Shown here: positions 8,862 to 19,284 of the stretch, one piece after another | How the letters are laid out: every line of letters begins with the position of its first letter | Numbering within the stretch: position 1 is the first letter of the stretch | Source: Clostridia bacterium | GTDB taxonomy: Bacteria; Bacillota; DTU025 | Direction of reading: 5' to 3' | Length of the DNA stretch: 64,000 bases | Assembly (NCBI GenBank): GCA_034926675.1 | Contig: JAYFQW010000028.1 | Span: 4,693 to 68,692, forward strand | Translations under genes and position numbers: made by a program | The notes under the pieces: generated by a model | What the model was told of the DNA's origin: nothing | What the model saw: the letters and a program-made list of their open reading frames with translations, nothing else | Databases searched by the model: none

Positions 8862-10508
8862 ATGACTCTTCCGCAGATTCCGCAGGGTGATAGAGCTCAA
8901 ACCCAACGGAGCGCACGCCGTCCAAGCCTCAGCACGACGCAGAAAATCATCATCGGCGTCGTTTCGGGCGGTGTGCTCCTTGCACTCATTTTTCTCATCA
9001 TGTCCAGCTCAAGCGCTGACTTCACAGTTCTCTATTCCAATCTGTCTCCTGAGGATGCCGGGCGCATTGTTGAGTATCTCAAGGAGTCGGGCGCCAAGTA
9101 CAAGCTCACGTCGGGCGGCAAGACAGTGATGGTGTCTGCGAGCGGTGTATACGAGCTAAGGATGGAGCTTGCAGCCAAGGGTTACCCCCAGGGCTCCGGT
9201 TCTGGATTTGAGCTGTTCGATAAGACGAACTTTGGGGCGACGGAGTTTTCGCAGAAGGTGAATTACACCCGCGCCCTCCAGGGGGAGCTTGCACGGACCA
9301 TTGGCTCGCTGAATCAGGTTGAACAGGCGAGAGTGCATATAGTGATCCCTGACGAGAGGCTTTTCGCAGAGCAACAGAAGCCAACTACGGCGTCGATTGT
9401 CCTCAAGATGAGGCCAGGCGCCTATATCCTCGATGCACAGGTAAGGGGAGTTGTCAATCTGGTCGCTGGCGCCGTTCAGGGGCTCAGCCCCGAGTTTATC
9501 ACTGTGGTGGATACCGATGGGAATCTGCTATGGCGCGGAACTGGCTCTCTCGCAACTGCGACCGGATCAGGCGGTGTAGGCATAGGAAACAACGGAGCAA
9601 TGACATCCGCTCAGCTCGAAGCGAAGATGGGCTTCGAGCAGGAGATGCAACGGCGCGTGGAAACGATGCTCGACCGTGTACTCGGAATCGGCAAGGCGGT
9701 CGTGCGAGTGTATGCCGACATAAGTTTCGACAGCACTCAGCGGGAAAGCGAGACCTATCAGCCTCTGGCAGGCGGACGAGGGGTCCCAGTGGCAGAGCAG
9801 ATGACAGAGGAGAGACGCACGGGGGAGGCGCAGTCTGCCACTGGATATGCTGGGACCCCATCGAATGTGGAGAATTACCCCGTCATCACCCCTGTGGATG
9901 GCAGTGGCGGCTCAACATACACCAGAACCGATCGCACGGTGAACTATGAGGTCTCCAAGGTGACTGAGAAGGCAGTGATCGCTCCGGGGAAAGTGGAGCG
10001 CATCTCAGTGGCTGCGATGGTGGACGGCGTTGTCACTCAGGACCGAATGGAAGCTATTCGGCAGGTCGTGTCGGCTGCCGTTGGCCTCAAGTCAGAGCGA
10101 GGCGATCAGGTGACCGTCTCGGCGATGGAGTTCGCGAAAGCAGCGAGCGATGCCGATATGGCGGCTGCGGCAGATGAGATGGCAAAGGCAGATGGACAGG
10201 CATTCATAATGCGCCTTGTTCGGTCGATTACTCCCATAGTCCTCGGTTTTCTCCTACTGGTGTTCGGGCTGTCGATTCTGCGGATGTTCCGCAGCAAGCC
10301 CGAGGCTGTCAGAGAGCCCGTGGCGATCGGTCGCAAAGTTGGCGAAGTCATAGCGGATCAACCAGCGGCTGCAGTTTCGCCGCAGGCCGCGGCGGCCAGG
10401 GTTGAGGAGAAACGCAAGGCCGATACCAGGCAGACAGTAGAGACCCTCGCCAGAGCAAGGCCGGAGGATGTGGCCAGGATTCTCGAAACATGGATGTCGG
10501 AAGACTGA
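8862..10508 (+). CDS. fliF: flagellar MS-ring protein FliF
   Basis: N-terminal TM, length, C-terminal TM, synteny. Confidence 0.85.
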   Translation: MTLPQIPQGDRAQTQRSARRPSLSTTQKIIIGVVSGGVLLALIFLIMSSSSADFTVLYSNLSPEDAGRIVEYLKESGAKYKLTSGGKTVMVSASGVYELRMELAAKGYPQGSGSGFELFDKTNFGATEFSQKVNYTRALQGELARTIGSLNQVEQARVHIVIPDERLFAEQQKPTTASIVLKMRPGAYILDAQVRGVVNLVAGAVQGLSPEFITVVDTDGNLLWRGTGSLATATGSGGVGIGNNGAMTSAQLEAKMGFEQEMQRRVETMLDRVLGIGKAVVRVYADISFDSTQRESETYQPLAGGRGVPVAEQMTEERRTGEAQSATGYAGTPSNVENYPVITPVDGSGGSTYTRTDRTVNYEVSKVTEKAVIAPGKVERISVAAMVDGVVTQDRMEAIRQVVSAAVGLKSERGDQVTVSAMEFAKAASDADMAAAADEMAKADGQAFIMRLVRSITPIVLGFLLLVFGLSILRMFRSKPEAVREPVAIGRKVGEVIADQPAAAVSPQAAAARVEEKRKADTRQTVETLARARPEDVARILETWMSED

Positions 10509-10528
10509 CTGTCGGGGGGTAGGGAACG

Positions 10529-11542
10529 TTGAACGGCTCCAGCTTGTCGGCGAACGGGAGACGAAAGGCAGCAATAGTCCTGGTGTCGCTCGACTCCGAG
10601 ACCGCCGCCGCAGTTCTCAAGCACATGAGAGATGACGAGATCGAACAGCTGACTCTGGAGATCGCTACACTCGGCAAGGTGACTTCAGTGCAGTCCGATT
10701 CCGCCCTGAGTGAATTCTACCAGCTCGCCCTGGCGCAGGAATACATAGCCCAGGGCGGCATCGACTACGCGAAGCAGATCCTGGAGAAGGCTCTCGGCGC
10801 GTCGAAAGCAATGGACATCATCGGTAGGCTCTCTGCCAACCTCAGGGTAACGCCGTTCGATTTCGTGAGGAACATAAACCCGGAGCAGCTCACGACTTTC
10901 ATAGAAGGTGAGCACCCGCAAACCATCGCTCTCATCGTCGCACATCTGAGGCCAGACCAGGCAGCTATGGTGCTATCGGCGCTCTCAGCAGAACTGCAAG
11001 CAGATGTGGCATTGCGTGTCGCTCAGATGGAAGGCGCGCGGCCAGAGGTGATCAAGGAAGTCGAATCAGTCCTGGAGCGGAAGCTCACCACCTTTGGAAC
11101 GCAGGAGTTCTCCGCCGCGGGTGGAGTGAAGTCACTTGTCGAGGTTCTCCAGAATGTGGACAGGGCAACCGAGAAGGTAATCCTCGAGAAGCTGGAGGAG
11201 GAGAATCCCGACATCGCAGAGCAGATCAAGAACCTGATGTTCGTGTTTGAAGATGTCGTGTACATTGACGACCGATACGTGCAGATGGTGATCAGGGAGG
11301 TTGATTCCAAAGACCTGGCGCTCGCTCTCAAGGTGGCCTCGGCTGAAGTCAAGGACAAGATCACCAAGAACATGTCGGAGCGCGCTGCAGCTATGCTCAA
11401 AGAGGAGCTCGAATACCTAGGCCCAGTGAGGCTACGCAATGTGGAAGAGGCTCAGACGAAGATCGTAGCCGTCATCAGGCGAATGGAAGAGGCAGGTCAG
11501 ATCGTGGCCAGCCACGAGAAGGGGGACGAGGTCGTTGTGTAG
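10529..11542 (+). CDS. fliG: flagellar motor switch protein FliG
   Basis: RKAAIVLVSLDSETAAAVLKHMRDDEIEQLTLEIA and C-terminal torque-helix region. Start uncertain. Confidence 0.85.
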   Translation: MNGSSLSANGRRKAAIVLVSLDSETAAAVLKHMRDDEIEQLTLEIATLGKVTSVQSDSALSEFYQLALAQEYIAQGGIDYAKQILEKALGASKAMDIIGRLSANLRVTPFDFVRNINPEQLTTFIEGEHPQTIALIVAHLRPDQAAMVLSALSAELQADVALRVAQMEGARPEVIKEVESVLERKLTTFGTQEFSAAGGVKSLVEVLQNVDRATEKVILEKLEEENPDIAEQIKNLMFVFEDVVYIDDRYVQMVIREVDSKDLALALKVASAEVKDKITKNMSERAAAMLKEELEYLGPVRLRNVEEAQTKIVAVIRRMEEAGQIVASHEKGDEVVV

Positions 11543-12236
11543 CGTGATCAAGCGCGATTGGATCAGCGACAGCACTGAGGCCTCCAGCTTTGTCCTTTCC
11601 ACTGATCGTCCTGAGGTCGTAGCTCTTTGCGTTGACTCAAACAGCCAAGATAGCGGCGCGGAGCTGATCGCGCAAGCCCGCGCAGAGGCAGACAGGATCA
11701 TGACGGAGGCGAAGCGCAGGGCGCACAGTGTAGTCGATCAGGCAAGGACAGATGGGTTCCAGGCAGGGCTTGCGCAGGGCATGGAAGAGGTCAAGCGCAA
11801 GTATGAGGGCATCTTCACGCTGATGCAGGGTATTGCAGATCAGGTGACGGCAGAGGCCGACGCGCTAATCCGCGGAAGCGAGAAGGAGATCGTGAAGCTC
11901 GCTGTGGCCGTGGCAGAGAAGATCGTGAGACGGGCCGTGGATGCCAATCCGGGCATTATTCTTGAGATAGTGAGAGAGGCTGTTCGCAAGTGCAGCGGCG
12001 CGCGCGTGGTCGTGGTGCGGGTGTCGCCTGAGGATATGGAATCCGTGCTTGCTGTCCACGATGAGCTGATGAGAATGGCGCCTGACCTTAGGGGACTGAA
12101 GGTCGTGGAGGATCCTCGCATAGATCGGGGCGGATGCGTCGTGGAGATGGATGTCGGCTCGGTTGACGCCAGAATCGCCGAGCAGCTCAGGGGGATAGAG
12201 AGTGCGTTCGAGGAGGAGGCGGAACATGCGGTCTGA
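11535..12236 (+). CDS. fliH: flagellar assembly protein FliH
   Basis: Coiled-coil N-terminal part, position between fliG and fliI, overlaps both neighbours. Confidence 0.7.
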   Translation: MCSVIKRDWISDSTEASSFVLSTDRPEVVALCVDSNSQDSGAELIAQARAEADRIMTEAKRRAHSVVDQARTDGFQAGLAQGMEEVKRKYEGIFTLMQGIADQVTAEADALIRGSEKEIVKLAVAVAEKIVRRAVDANPGIILEIVREAVRKCSGARVVVVRVSPEDMESVLAVHDELMRMAPDLRGLKVVEDPRIDRGGCVVEMDVGSVDARIAEQLRGIESAFEEEAEHAV

Positions 12237-13569
12237 TCAGGGGCCCGAAAACGCCGCGCGAGCCGTCGATTTCGAGAAGTACTACTCGCGTCTTGCAGCC
12301 ATCGATACTATCAAGCAGAGCGGTCGGGTCGCTCAGGTCATCGGGCTTGTCATAGAGTCAAATGGCCCGCAGGCGCAGGTGGGAGAGATCTGCTACATCC
12401 ACCCTCGGAACTCAGTGGCCCCGGTCACAGCGGAGGTTGTTGGGTTTCGCGAAGGCAGGCTTCTGCTAATGCCCCTCGGGGAGATGGCCGGGATCGAACC
12501 TGGAAGTGAGATAGTTGCTGGCGGGAAATCCCTCACGGTGCGTGTCGGCGATGGGCTTCTGGGAAGGGTCATCGACGGCCTTGGGAATCCCATCGATGGC
12601 CTCGGTCCAATCCACGGTGTGAGCGAGTACCCAGTGTCCAGCTCTCCGCCGAATCCATTGTCACGTCCGAGAATCTCGGAACCGCTTCCTCTGGGAGTCA
12701 GAGCAATCGATGGCCTCCTTACGTGCGGCTGCGGCCAGCGTATTGGCATCTTCGCCGGCAGTGGGGTGGGGAAGAGCACGATGCTTGGGATGATCGCCAG
12801 GAACACCAGGGCCGATGTGAACGTGATCGCGCTTGTGGGTGAGCGTGGCAGAGAGGTGCGAGAGTTCATCGAGGGAGATCTGGGAGATGAGGGCCTCGCT
12901 CGCTCGGTCGTGGTTGCCGCTACCTCTGATACGCCCGCGCTGGTAAGGCTGAAGGGCGCCATGGCCGCAACGGCCATAGCGGAGTACTTCCGCGACCGCG
13001 GGCTCAATGTGATGCTTATGATGGATTCGGTCACCCGGTTCGCCATGGCCCAGCGCGAAGTGGGGCTGGCCATCGGAGAGCCGCCAGCTACGAAGGGATA
13101 CACCCCATCGGTATTCGCGCTTTTGCCGAAACTCCTAGAACGCTCAGGCACCAGCGAACGTGGGACCATAACTGGCCTCTACACGGTGCTCGTTGATGGC
13201 GATGACCTTACGGAGCCCATCGCAGACGCAGTCCGGAGCATTCTCGATGGGCATATCGTCCTCTCGAGGCAGCTTGCCGATAGGAACCACTACCCAGCGA
13301 TTGACATTCTGAAGAGTGTCAGCAGGGTTATGGACAACATCGTATCCGAGGAGCACAAGCTATCGGCCAAGGGATTCCGCGATCTCCTCGCCACATACCG
13401 CGAATCAGAGGACCTGATCAACATCGGCGCCTATGTGCGCGGAACGAGCCCCAAGATCGACAGGGCCATCGAGGCGATCGATGGCTTCAACGAATACCTG
13501 CAGCAGGGTGTAGCGGAGCAGTCATCATTCGATGAAGCAGTTGCGGCGCTTAACGCCATCGCAAGCTAG
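12226..13569 (+). CDS. fliI: flagellum-specific ATP synthase FliI
   Basis: Walker A GSGVGKST, Walker B LMMDSVTRFA. Start at the ATG after AGGAGGAGG. Confidence 0.9.
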   Translation: MRSDQGPENAARAVDFEKYYSRLAAIDTIKQSGRVAQVIGLVIESNGPQAQVGEICYIHPRNSVAPVTAEVVGFREGRLLLMPLGEMAGIEPGSEIVAGGKSLTVRVGDGLLGRVIDGLGNPIDGLGPIHGVSEYPVSSSPPNPLSRPRISEPLPLGVRAIDGLLTCGCGQRIGIFAGSGVGKSTMLGMIARNTRADVNVIALVGERGREVREFIEGDLGDEGLARSVVVAATSDTPALVRLKGAMAATAIAEYFRDRGLNVMLMMDSVTRFAMAQREVGLAIGEPPATKGYTPSVFALLPKLLERSGTSERGTITGLYTVLVDGDDLTEPIADAVRSILDGHIVLSRQLADRNHYPAIDILKSVSRVMDNIVSEEHKLSAKGFRDLLATYRESEDLINIGAYVRGTSPKIDRAIEAIDGFNEYLQQGVAEQSSFDEAVAALNAIAS

Positions 13570-13580
13570 GAGGGGTTGCT

Positions 13581-14042
13581 GTGGGTGGATTCAGCTTCAG
13601 ACTGGAGCCCGTGCTCGAACACAAGCGGCGCCTGGAGGATCAGGCGAAGCAGGAGTTCGCTCGAGCGAAAGATGTGGAGCGCAGGGCCACCGAGGAACTC
13701 GACGGTCTGGAGAACGCGTACGGCGATGGCCAGGGGGATATGGTCTCTGTGATGCGCGATGTGATGGACCTCGACGAAGTGACCTCCTATCAACGGTACC
13801 TAACGAAACTCAGATCCGACATCGTCAACCAGACAGATCTGGTTACGCAGCTTCACACCACGTCAGAGGAGAAACGCTCAGATGCAGTGGATGGAATGAG
13901 GGCTCGAAAGGTTGTCGAGAAGCTGAAAGATAGGCAGTATGCTCAGTACGTGGTGGAGGAGAAGAGGGTCGAGCAGAAGCAGACCGACGAGTTCGCTACG
14001 ACCAGGTACAGGCCCGTCGGGGTGGACAGGAAGCCAAGATAG
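13581..14042 (+). CDS. fliJ: flagellar export protein FliJ
   Basis: About 150 aa coiled-coil, FRLEPVLEHKRRLEDQAKQEF, position after fliI. Confidence 0.7.
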   Translation: MGGFSFRLEPVLEHKRRLEDQAKQEFARAKDVERRATEELDGLENAYGDGQGDMVSVMRDVMDLDEVTSYQRYLTKLRSDIVNQTDLVTQLHTTSEEKRSDAVDGMRARKVVEKLKDRQYAQYVVEEKRVEQKQTDEFATTRYRPVGVDRKPR

Positions 14043-14136
14043 GGCCGCTGCCATGAAGCAAGGGGCTTCGCGGGGGTGATGAGGGGCATATGAGAGCAGT
14101 CCGATCCAAGCGTGTGCGAAAGGAGGTGAAAAAGCA

Positions 14137-16983
14137 ATGAACACCATACAGTCAACAGCAATGATACAGACAGCGATGACCATGACAGGGGTCACAGCAG
14201 GGGTTCCTGAAACTGCGGGGCCGGTTCCGATGCCGAGCGTTGCGTCATCTGCAGGCGTCCTCCCTGAGCAGGGTGGTTCATCTGTTCCTGAAGAGTCCTT
14301 CCTTCTGATTCTGCAGGAGGCCGTGTCGCGGACCGTGAGTCCTGACCAGCAGTCGGATACACAGGTGCAGACACAACCGGTGGTCTGGCCCGGACCGATT
14401 GCCATAGCGCGGAATGCGCCCGACGCAGAGGCACAAGGCACGCCGGAGCCAGCTAGTGAAGGTGCAGTCAGTGACGCGATCTCTGAGGATGGTGATGATG
14501 AGGCTGCGGAAAGCGATTCCGAAAACGAGCTGGCAGCGATTATGGCTGCAGCGCGGTGGGCCGCGGCAGGCGGCGCTTATCCGGCCGTGACCATGATGAA
14601 TGGGAATGGCGCTGGCCGTCTGGACTGTGAGTCTCTCGGCACTGTGGAGAACGCGGGATCCGCCGCGGGCGTTGACCGAGTTGACGCCCATTCCACATCG
14701 GTCCGGCCCTCATCTATGGATTCGATTCCTCAGCAGGGGGCTTTTGCGCACACAGAACCGGCGGCTCAGCTTGGTGGAGCGCAGCGGATGAGCGGCGAGT
14801 CCTCATCAGGTGGGGTCGATGCAATTCGGGACGATGCGGGAACGGGCGAAATGAGCGAGGTGCGAACAGATAACGTCCATATGGCTTGCAGGGAGGCTGG
14901 CGCTGCCCGCGTGATGGGCTTCAGAGCATCGAAGGAAGACTCGATGGCGGTCGGCTATGCCAACTCAAATGCGAGCCCGCGCGCTCAGGGCGCGAACCTC
15001 AATACACCCCCTGTGCGGCACATCGATCCGTTCACCGATGGTGTTGAACCTCTGGAGATCCACATGAGGAGAGCGCCATCGAACGTATCCGAGGCGATTC
15101 CCGCAAAAGCCGGCGCGAGGCCAGGACGTCAGGGTTGCCAGGCCACAACGGTTCCGGCAGAGGCGAGTATGGGAGACGTCGCGGGTGCGGACGGTTCGCA
15201 TGGTCTACAGGGATACGAACCGCGCCGTGTTGAGCCCGGTCATGCTGCGGTTCAATCCGCAATGGAAGCGCCGAGAGATGTTCGTTTGAAGCAGACCATG
15301 AGCAGACGGGCAGAATCGGTCGACGCCAGGCCTAACGGAGCCAGAGCGGATGCAGATGGGCCAACGGGGAAGCTGGTCTTGACCGCGAGCAATCCACTGC
15401 AGAATGCGCGAGACGCTTACGCAGAGCTAGCGTCGTCGACAGACTCGGTGACTTCGCCTCATGTGGATGCCGCACTTACGGCCCTGGGCGAACTGACGCC
15501 TGTGTATGCAGATGGTCAACTGCCTGAGGATCCGACCGGTGAGCGGTGGTATGGCGGCGAAACCGCATCAGCGGCCCAGGGGCTCGAGGGTGAGCCGATA
15601 ACTGCTTCAGAATCAGTGCAGTCAAGGCCTCATCCTGGTGGCCTGCAGCGTGAAGCTGTTGCGAAGCTTCTGCCGATGCCAGTGCTCGCGCGGAGAACTC
15701 AGCTCAGTGACACTCAACCACGAACCCGCATGATCGCTGATTTGCGCCGTGTTGAGCCCGGTCGTGCTGCGGTTCAATCCGCAATGGAAGCGCCGAGGGA
15801 TGATGTTGAGGTGGACTCAACTGCGGCTCTTCCGCGAGCTGAGAACAGTGGAATTCCGGGGGATGCTCGTTCATTCAGCCTGAGGCAGACCATGAGCAAA
15901 CGAGCAGAAGCGGACCAAGGCGAAAGTAAAGGCATGTTGCGGACAGCGCCAATAGAGGCTGCGTCCGCGCCGAAGCCCGCTGGCGTAGTCGACCCTGAGC
16001 GCACCGACGGCACGGGGAAGCCGGTTTCGATCGCGAGCAATCCTCTGCAGAATCCTCGAGACGCTTATGCTAGGCTCGCGATGGCAGCGGCTGATATGCC
16101 ACAGAAGCTGGCCACAGCAACAGGGGGATCTGTCATGAATGCGGACGTGGATCGCTTCAGCTCCGCGGATGGCGGCGAAAGGGCGGACAACATCGGCAAG
16201 GCTGATCAGATCGGGCCGGTATCGTTCCACAGGGAGAACCATACGGCGAACTCGAGGGAGCGCTCTGGCGGCCAGACCGAGGGATTCGGGGGGCATTCCT
16301 CTGGTTTCCGCTCGGCGGCGCCTCATGGCGCTCCAGTGAAGCGCGCGGAAACAGGATCCGAGCGGGCTGCGGTTCCCGCAGCGTTCGCCGATGCAGTCGC
16401 GACTGGCAGCCCGTCTGTTGGAACTGCAGGAACACCCGGCGTTGAGGCGAGCAGCACTGCCGGCGCTCGCGGCGAGAGGCTATCCCCAGAGGTTGGAGAG
16501 TCGGTGATGACCCAGATCTCAGCACACCTGCGTGCCAGGGCGAGTCGCGGAAGCGGGGAGTTTCGGGCGAAGCTCGTTCCTGAGAACCTTGGCGATGTGG
16601 AGATCAGAATCAGAGTAATCGGCGATTCGTGCACGGCCACTATCAAGGTGCAGAATCCAGAGGTCGAAAGATACGTCAGCGAACACGGAGCAGATCTCAA
16701 GGCAAGCCTTGCTGAGCATGGCATGGACCTCGGAGGGCTCGCGGTATCAGTGGGGTTCGGCTTCGCGTCAGGAAGAGACGACGGCAATGCAGCGAGGGAC
16801 TACGCAGGCGCGTTCTACGGCAATGGTGAGCGGCGCGAGTCGGGAGCTAGTGCGTGGGCTGGTGCGGGCCATGATGCTCCACACCGGCGAGGAGAGAATC
16901 CGCGGCGGCAGCAGTCTGCTCCGTGGAGCGCGAAAGGCGCGACCACGTGGTCAAGGTACGGGAGAATCGACTACCTGGCGTGA
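14137..16983 (+). CDS. fliK: flagellar hook-length control protein FliK-like (948 aa) with internal tandem duplication
   Basis: C-terminal Flg_hook-type domain (FRAKLVPENLGDVEIRIRVIGDSCTATIKVQNPEV). Long low-complexity N-terminal ruler region with duplicated segments. Confidence 0.7.
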   Translation: MNTIQSTAMIQTAMTMTGVTAGVPETAGPVPMPSVASSAGVLPEQGGSSVPEESFLLILQEAVSRTVSPDQQSDTQVQTQPVVWPGPIAIARNAPDAEAQGTPEPASEGAVSDAISEDGDDEAAESDSENELAAIMAAARWAAAGGAYPAVTMMNGNGAGRLDCESLGTVENAGSAAGVDRVDAHSTSVRPSSMDSIPQQGAFAHTEPAAQLGGAQRMSGESSSGGVDAIRDDAGTGEMSEVRTDNVHMACREAGAARVMGFRASKEDSMAVGYANSNASPRAQGANLNTPPVRHIDPFTDGVEPLEIHMRRAPSNVSEAIPAKAGARPGRQGCQATTVPAEASMGDVAGADGSHGLQGYEPRRVEPGHAAVQSAMEAPRDVRLKQTMSRRAESVDARPNGARADADGPTGKLVLTASNPLQNARDAYAELASSTDSVTSPHVDAALTALGELTPVYADGQLPEDPTGERWYGGETASAAQGLEGEPITASESVQSRPHPGGLQREAVAKLLPMPVLARRTQLSDTQPRTRMIADLRRVEPGRAAVQSAMEAPRDDVEVDSTAALPRAENSGIPGDARSFSLRQTMSKRAEADQGESKGMLRTAPIEAASAPKPAGVVDPERTDGTGKPVSIASNPLQNPRDAYARLAMAAADMPQKLATATGGSVMNADVDRFSSADGGERADNIGKADQIGPVSFHRENHTANSRERSGGQTEGFGGHSSGFRSAAPHGAPVKRAETGSERAAVPAAFADAVATGSPSVGTAGTPGVEASSTAGARGERLSPEVGESVMTQISAHLRARASRGSGEFRAKLVPENLGDVEIRIRVIGDSCTATIKVQNPEVERYVSEHGADLKASLAEHGMDLGGLAVSVGFGFASGRDDGNAARDYAGAFYGNGERRESGASAWAGAGHDAPHRRGENPRRQQSAPWSAKGATTWSRYGRIDYLA

Positions 16984-16998
16984 TGAAAGAAGGGAGGG

Positions 16999-17409
16999 AT
17001 GAGGTTGTACACTGCCAGAGCGGCGGGCGCCGGCGTATACAGAGGATCCGATGCAGCAACCCCGAGGAAGACTCTTGGAAAGGATGAGTTCCTCAAGATC
17101 CTAATAGCCCAGATGAAGAATATGGACATCGGCGAAGGCCAAACAAACGAGCAGTTCGTGGCGCAAATGGCCCAGTTCTCCACCCTGGAGGAGCTGCAAA
17201 ACCTGAACGCAGGGCTTCGCGAACTAGCCGGGGCGCAGGTAATCGCGCAGGCGGGGGCCCTTATCGGCAAGAGCATTGAGGCCATGCCCCCTGGATACGA
17301 GGTTGCCATCAAGGGGAAGGTCGAGGCTGTTCAGGTGATTGGCGGGGCGCCCTACCTTAAGGTTGGCGATTTGAAGATCAATATCAGCCATGTAACGAAG
17401 ATCTCGTAG
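16999..17409 (+). CDS. flgD: flagellar hook capping/assembly protein FlgD
   Basis: TLGKDEFLKILIAQMKNMD FlgD N-terminal motif. Position before flgE. Confidence 0.8.
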   Translation: MRLYTARAAGAGVYRGSDAATPRKTLGKDEFLKILIAQMKNMDIGEGQTNEQFVAQMAQFSTLEELQNLNAGLRELAGAQVIAQAGALIGKSIEAMPPGYEVAIKGKVEAVQVIGGAPYLKVGDLKINISHVTKIS

Positions 17410-17411
17410 GG

Positions 17412-17822
17412 GTGGGGGTCGTGACGACAGACAGGATTGACAGACCAAACCAGACAGGGAGGCCGGTAGGTCCATCGCCGGTCAGGCCTGGAACGATCCA
17501 ACAGCACCCGATGCCAGCTACTGGAGGCGCTACGTTCCGTGAGATCCTCGCTGAACGCCTTCAGGTCGATGGAGTGAAGTTCTCAGCTCATGCGCAGGCG
17601 CGCCTTGCTGCGAGGAACATCGACCTTGGCCGGGAGGACTTGGACCGGATCACGGGTGCGGTGAACAGGGCAGCTGCGAAAGGATCGAGGGAATCGCTGA
17701 TCCTCATGGACGACAAAGCATTCGTGGTGAGTATCAGAAATCGGACAGTCATAACTGCCGTGGATGGGGATAGCCTCAAGGAGAACGTGTTTACGAACAT
17801 AGACAGTGCAGTGATAGTCTAG
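17412..17822 (+). CDS. conserved flagellar operon protein (small protein found between flgD and flgE in Firmicutes/spirochaetes)
   Basis: Motif VKFSAHAQARLAARNI...SLILMDDKAFVVSIRNRTVITAV, position between flgD and flgE. Confidence 0.5.
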   Translation: MGVVTTDRIDRPNQTGRPVGPSPVRPGTIQQHPMPATGGATFREILAERLQVDGVKFSAHAQARLAARNIDLGREDLDRITGAVNRAAAKGSRESLILMDDKAFVVSIRNRTVITAVDGDSLKENVFTNIDSAVIV

Positions 17823-17941
17823 AAGCTCAGCTCTTCGGAACCTAGATACTCAAAGGGCCGGACCTCTGTGAGGAAGCCCTAGGCCGCCTGCTACTTGGGC
17901 GGCCAGCGCAAACCAGAAGCAGAAACGGAGGTCGAGACGAA

Positions 17942-19177
17942 ATGATGCGTTCAATGTTCGCGGGCGTTTCTGGAACTCGCGCTCATCAGGTGCGAATGGA
18001 CGTGATCGGGAACAACATCGCCAACGTGAACACCGTCGGTTTCAAGTATGGAAGGGCGACTTTTCAGGACATGCTTTCGCAGACTCTCAGAGGCGCGAGC
18101 AGCCCGAAGGGGAAGAGGGGCGGAATCGACCCGATGCAAGTGGGTATGGGCGTGTCCCTGCGATCCGTCGATATAGTGTTCACCCCGGGGAACCTGGAGT
18201 CGACCGGGAAACTCACTGACATGGCGATTCAGGGGAACGGGTTCTTCGTGGTTCGCGATGCCTCTGATGCCCTTCTGTTCACGAGGGATGGGGCGTTCAA
18301 GATCGATGCCTTCGGGCAGCTCACTCATCCGGCGACAGGCTACCAAGTCCAGGGATGGATGGCCGATGCCTCTGGGAAAGTCGATTCAAAAGGCGAGCCT
18401 GAGGCCATCTCGATACCTCTAGGAACAAGCATGAACGCAACTGCAACATCTGAGGTTGGATTCGTGGGCAACCTCGATGCAGGCGCCGCGACTGCTGCCT
18501 CGTCGGATGCGGCGATTCCGGTGTACGATTCCCTAGGGGAGCAGCACACTGTGAGGGTCAGCTTTACGAAGACAGCGAATCCAAGGGAATGGACATGGAA
18601 CGCCACCTTCGACGGCGGCGCCGGATCGGTCGGGAGTGGGACGATTACGTTCAAGAATGACGGCAAATTCGACTCTGTCACACCTACACCTTCCACCGTG
18701 TCTGTTGCGAGCCTTCCCAACGGGGCAAAGGCTCTATCTATCGACATGGACTTCAGTGCGCTCAGCCAGTACGGGCAGGCTTCATCTGTGAGCTGGAGCC
18801 ATCAGAACGGGTTCCCAGCCGGCTCGCTGGAGACCTTCAACATCGACGACCGTGGGATCATCACGGGCGTGTACTCAAATGGGCAGTATGATGTGATCGC
18901 TCAGATGGCTCTGGCATCGTTTGCAAACTCAGAAGGCCTGATGCGTGCGGCCGGAAACATGTTTGTGCAGACGACGAACTCTGGAACTGCTCAGGTGGGC
19001 GAGGCCGCCATGGGTGGCCGCGGCTCGATACTTGGCACTACTCTGGAGATGTCCAACGTCGACTTGGCCAGGGAGTTCACGGACATGATCGTTACCCAGA
19101 GGGGATTCCAGGCAAACTCCAGGGTGATCACGTCAGCTGATGAGATGCTTCAAGAGCTTCTGTCGCTCAAACGGTAA
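17942..19177 (+). CDS. flgE: flagellar hook protein FlgE
   Basis: MMRSMFAGVSGTRAHQVRMDVIGNNIANVNTVGFK N-terminus and C-terminal GFQANSRVITSADEMLQELLSLKR. Confidence 0.85.
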   Translation: MMRSMFAGVSGTRAHQVRMDVIGNNIANVNTVGFKYGRATFQDMLSQTLRGASSPKGKRGGIDPMQVGMGVSLRSVDIVFTPGNLESTGKLTDMAIQGNGFFVVRDASDALLFTRDGAFKIDAFGQLTHPATGYQVQGWMADASGKVDSKGEPEAISIPLGTSMNATATSEVGFVGNLDAGAATAASSDAAIPVYDSLGEQHTVRVSFTKTANPREWTWNATFDGGAGSVGSGTITFKNDGKFDSVTPTPSTVSVASLPNGAKALSIDMDFSALSQYGQASSVSWSHQNGFPAGSLETFNIDDRGIITGVYSNGQYDVIAQMALASFANSEGLMRAAGNMFVQTTNSGTAQVGEAAMGGRGSILGTTLEMSNVDLAREFTDMIVTQRGFQANSRVITSADEMLQELLSLKR

Positions 19178-19284
19178 CCACGTGTAGCGGGCATCTGGGA
19201 TTTCTCGCAGGGAGGGACGGGGCTTCCCCTCGCCGGGTGCGACGCTCGCGCCCCTCCCCACGAGGTCTGCGCAGGGGGGATTAA

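Noticed and set aside
17895-17915. TGGGCGgccagCGCAAA resembling a sigma-54 promoter upstream of flgE
   Set aside because: GG to GC spacing is 9 rather than 10 and the -12 box lacks TTGC. Probably part of the GGCCGCC-N8-GGCGGCC stem-loop.
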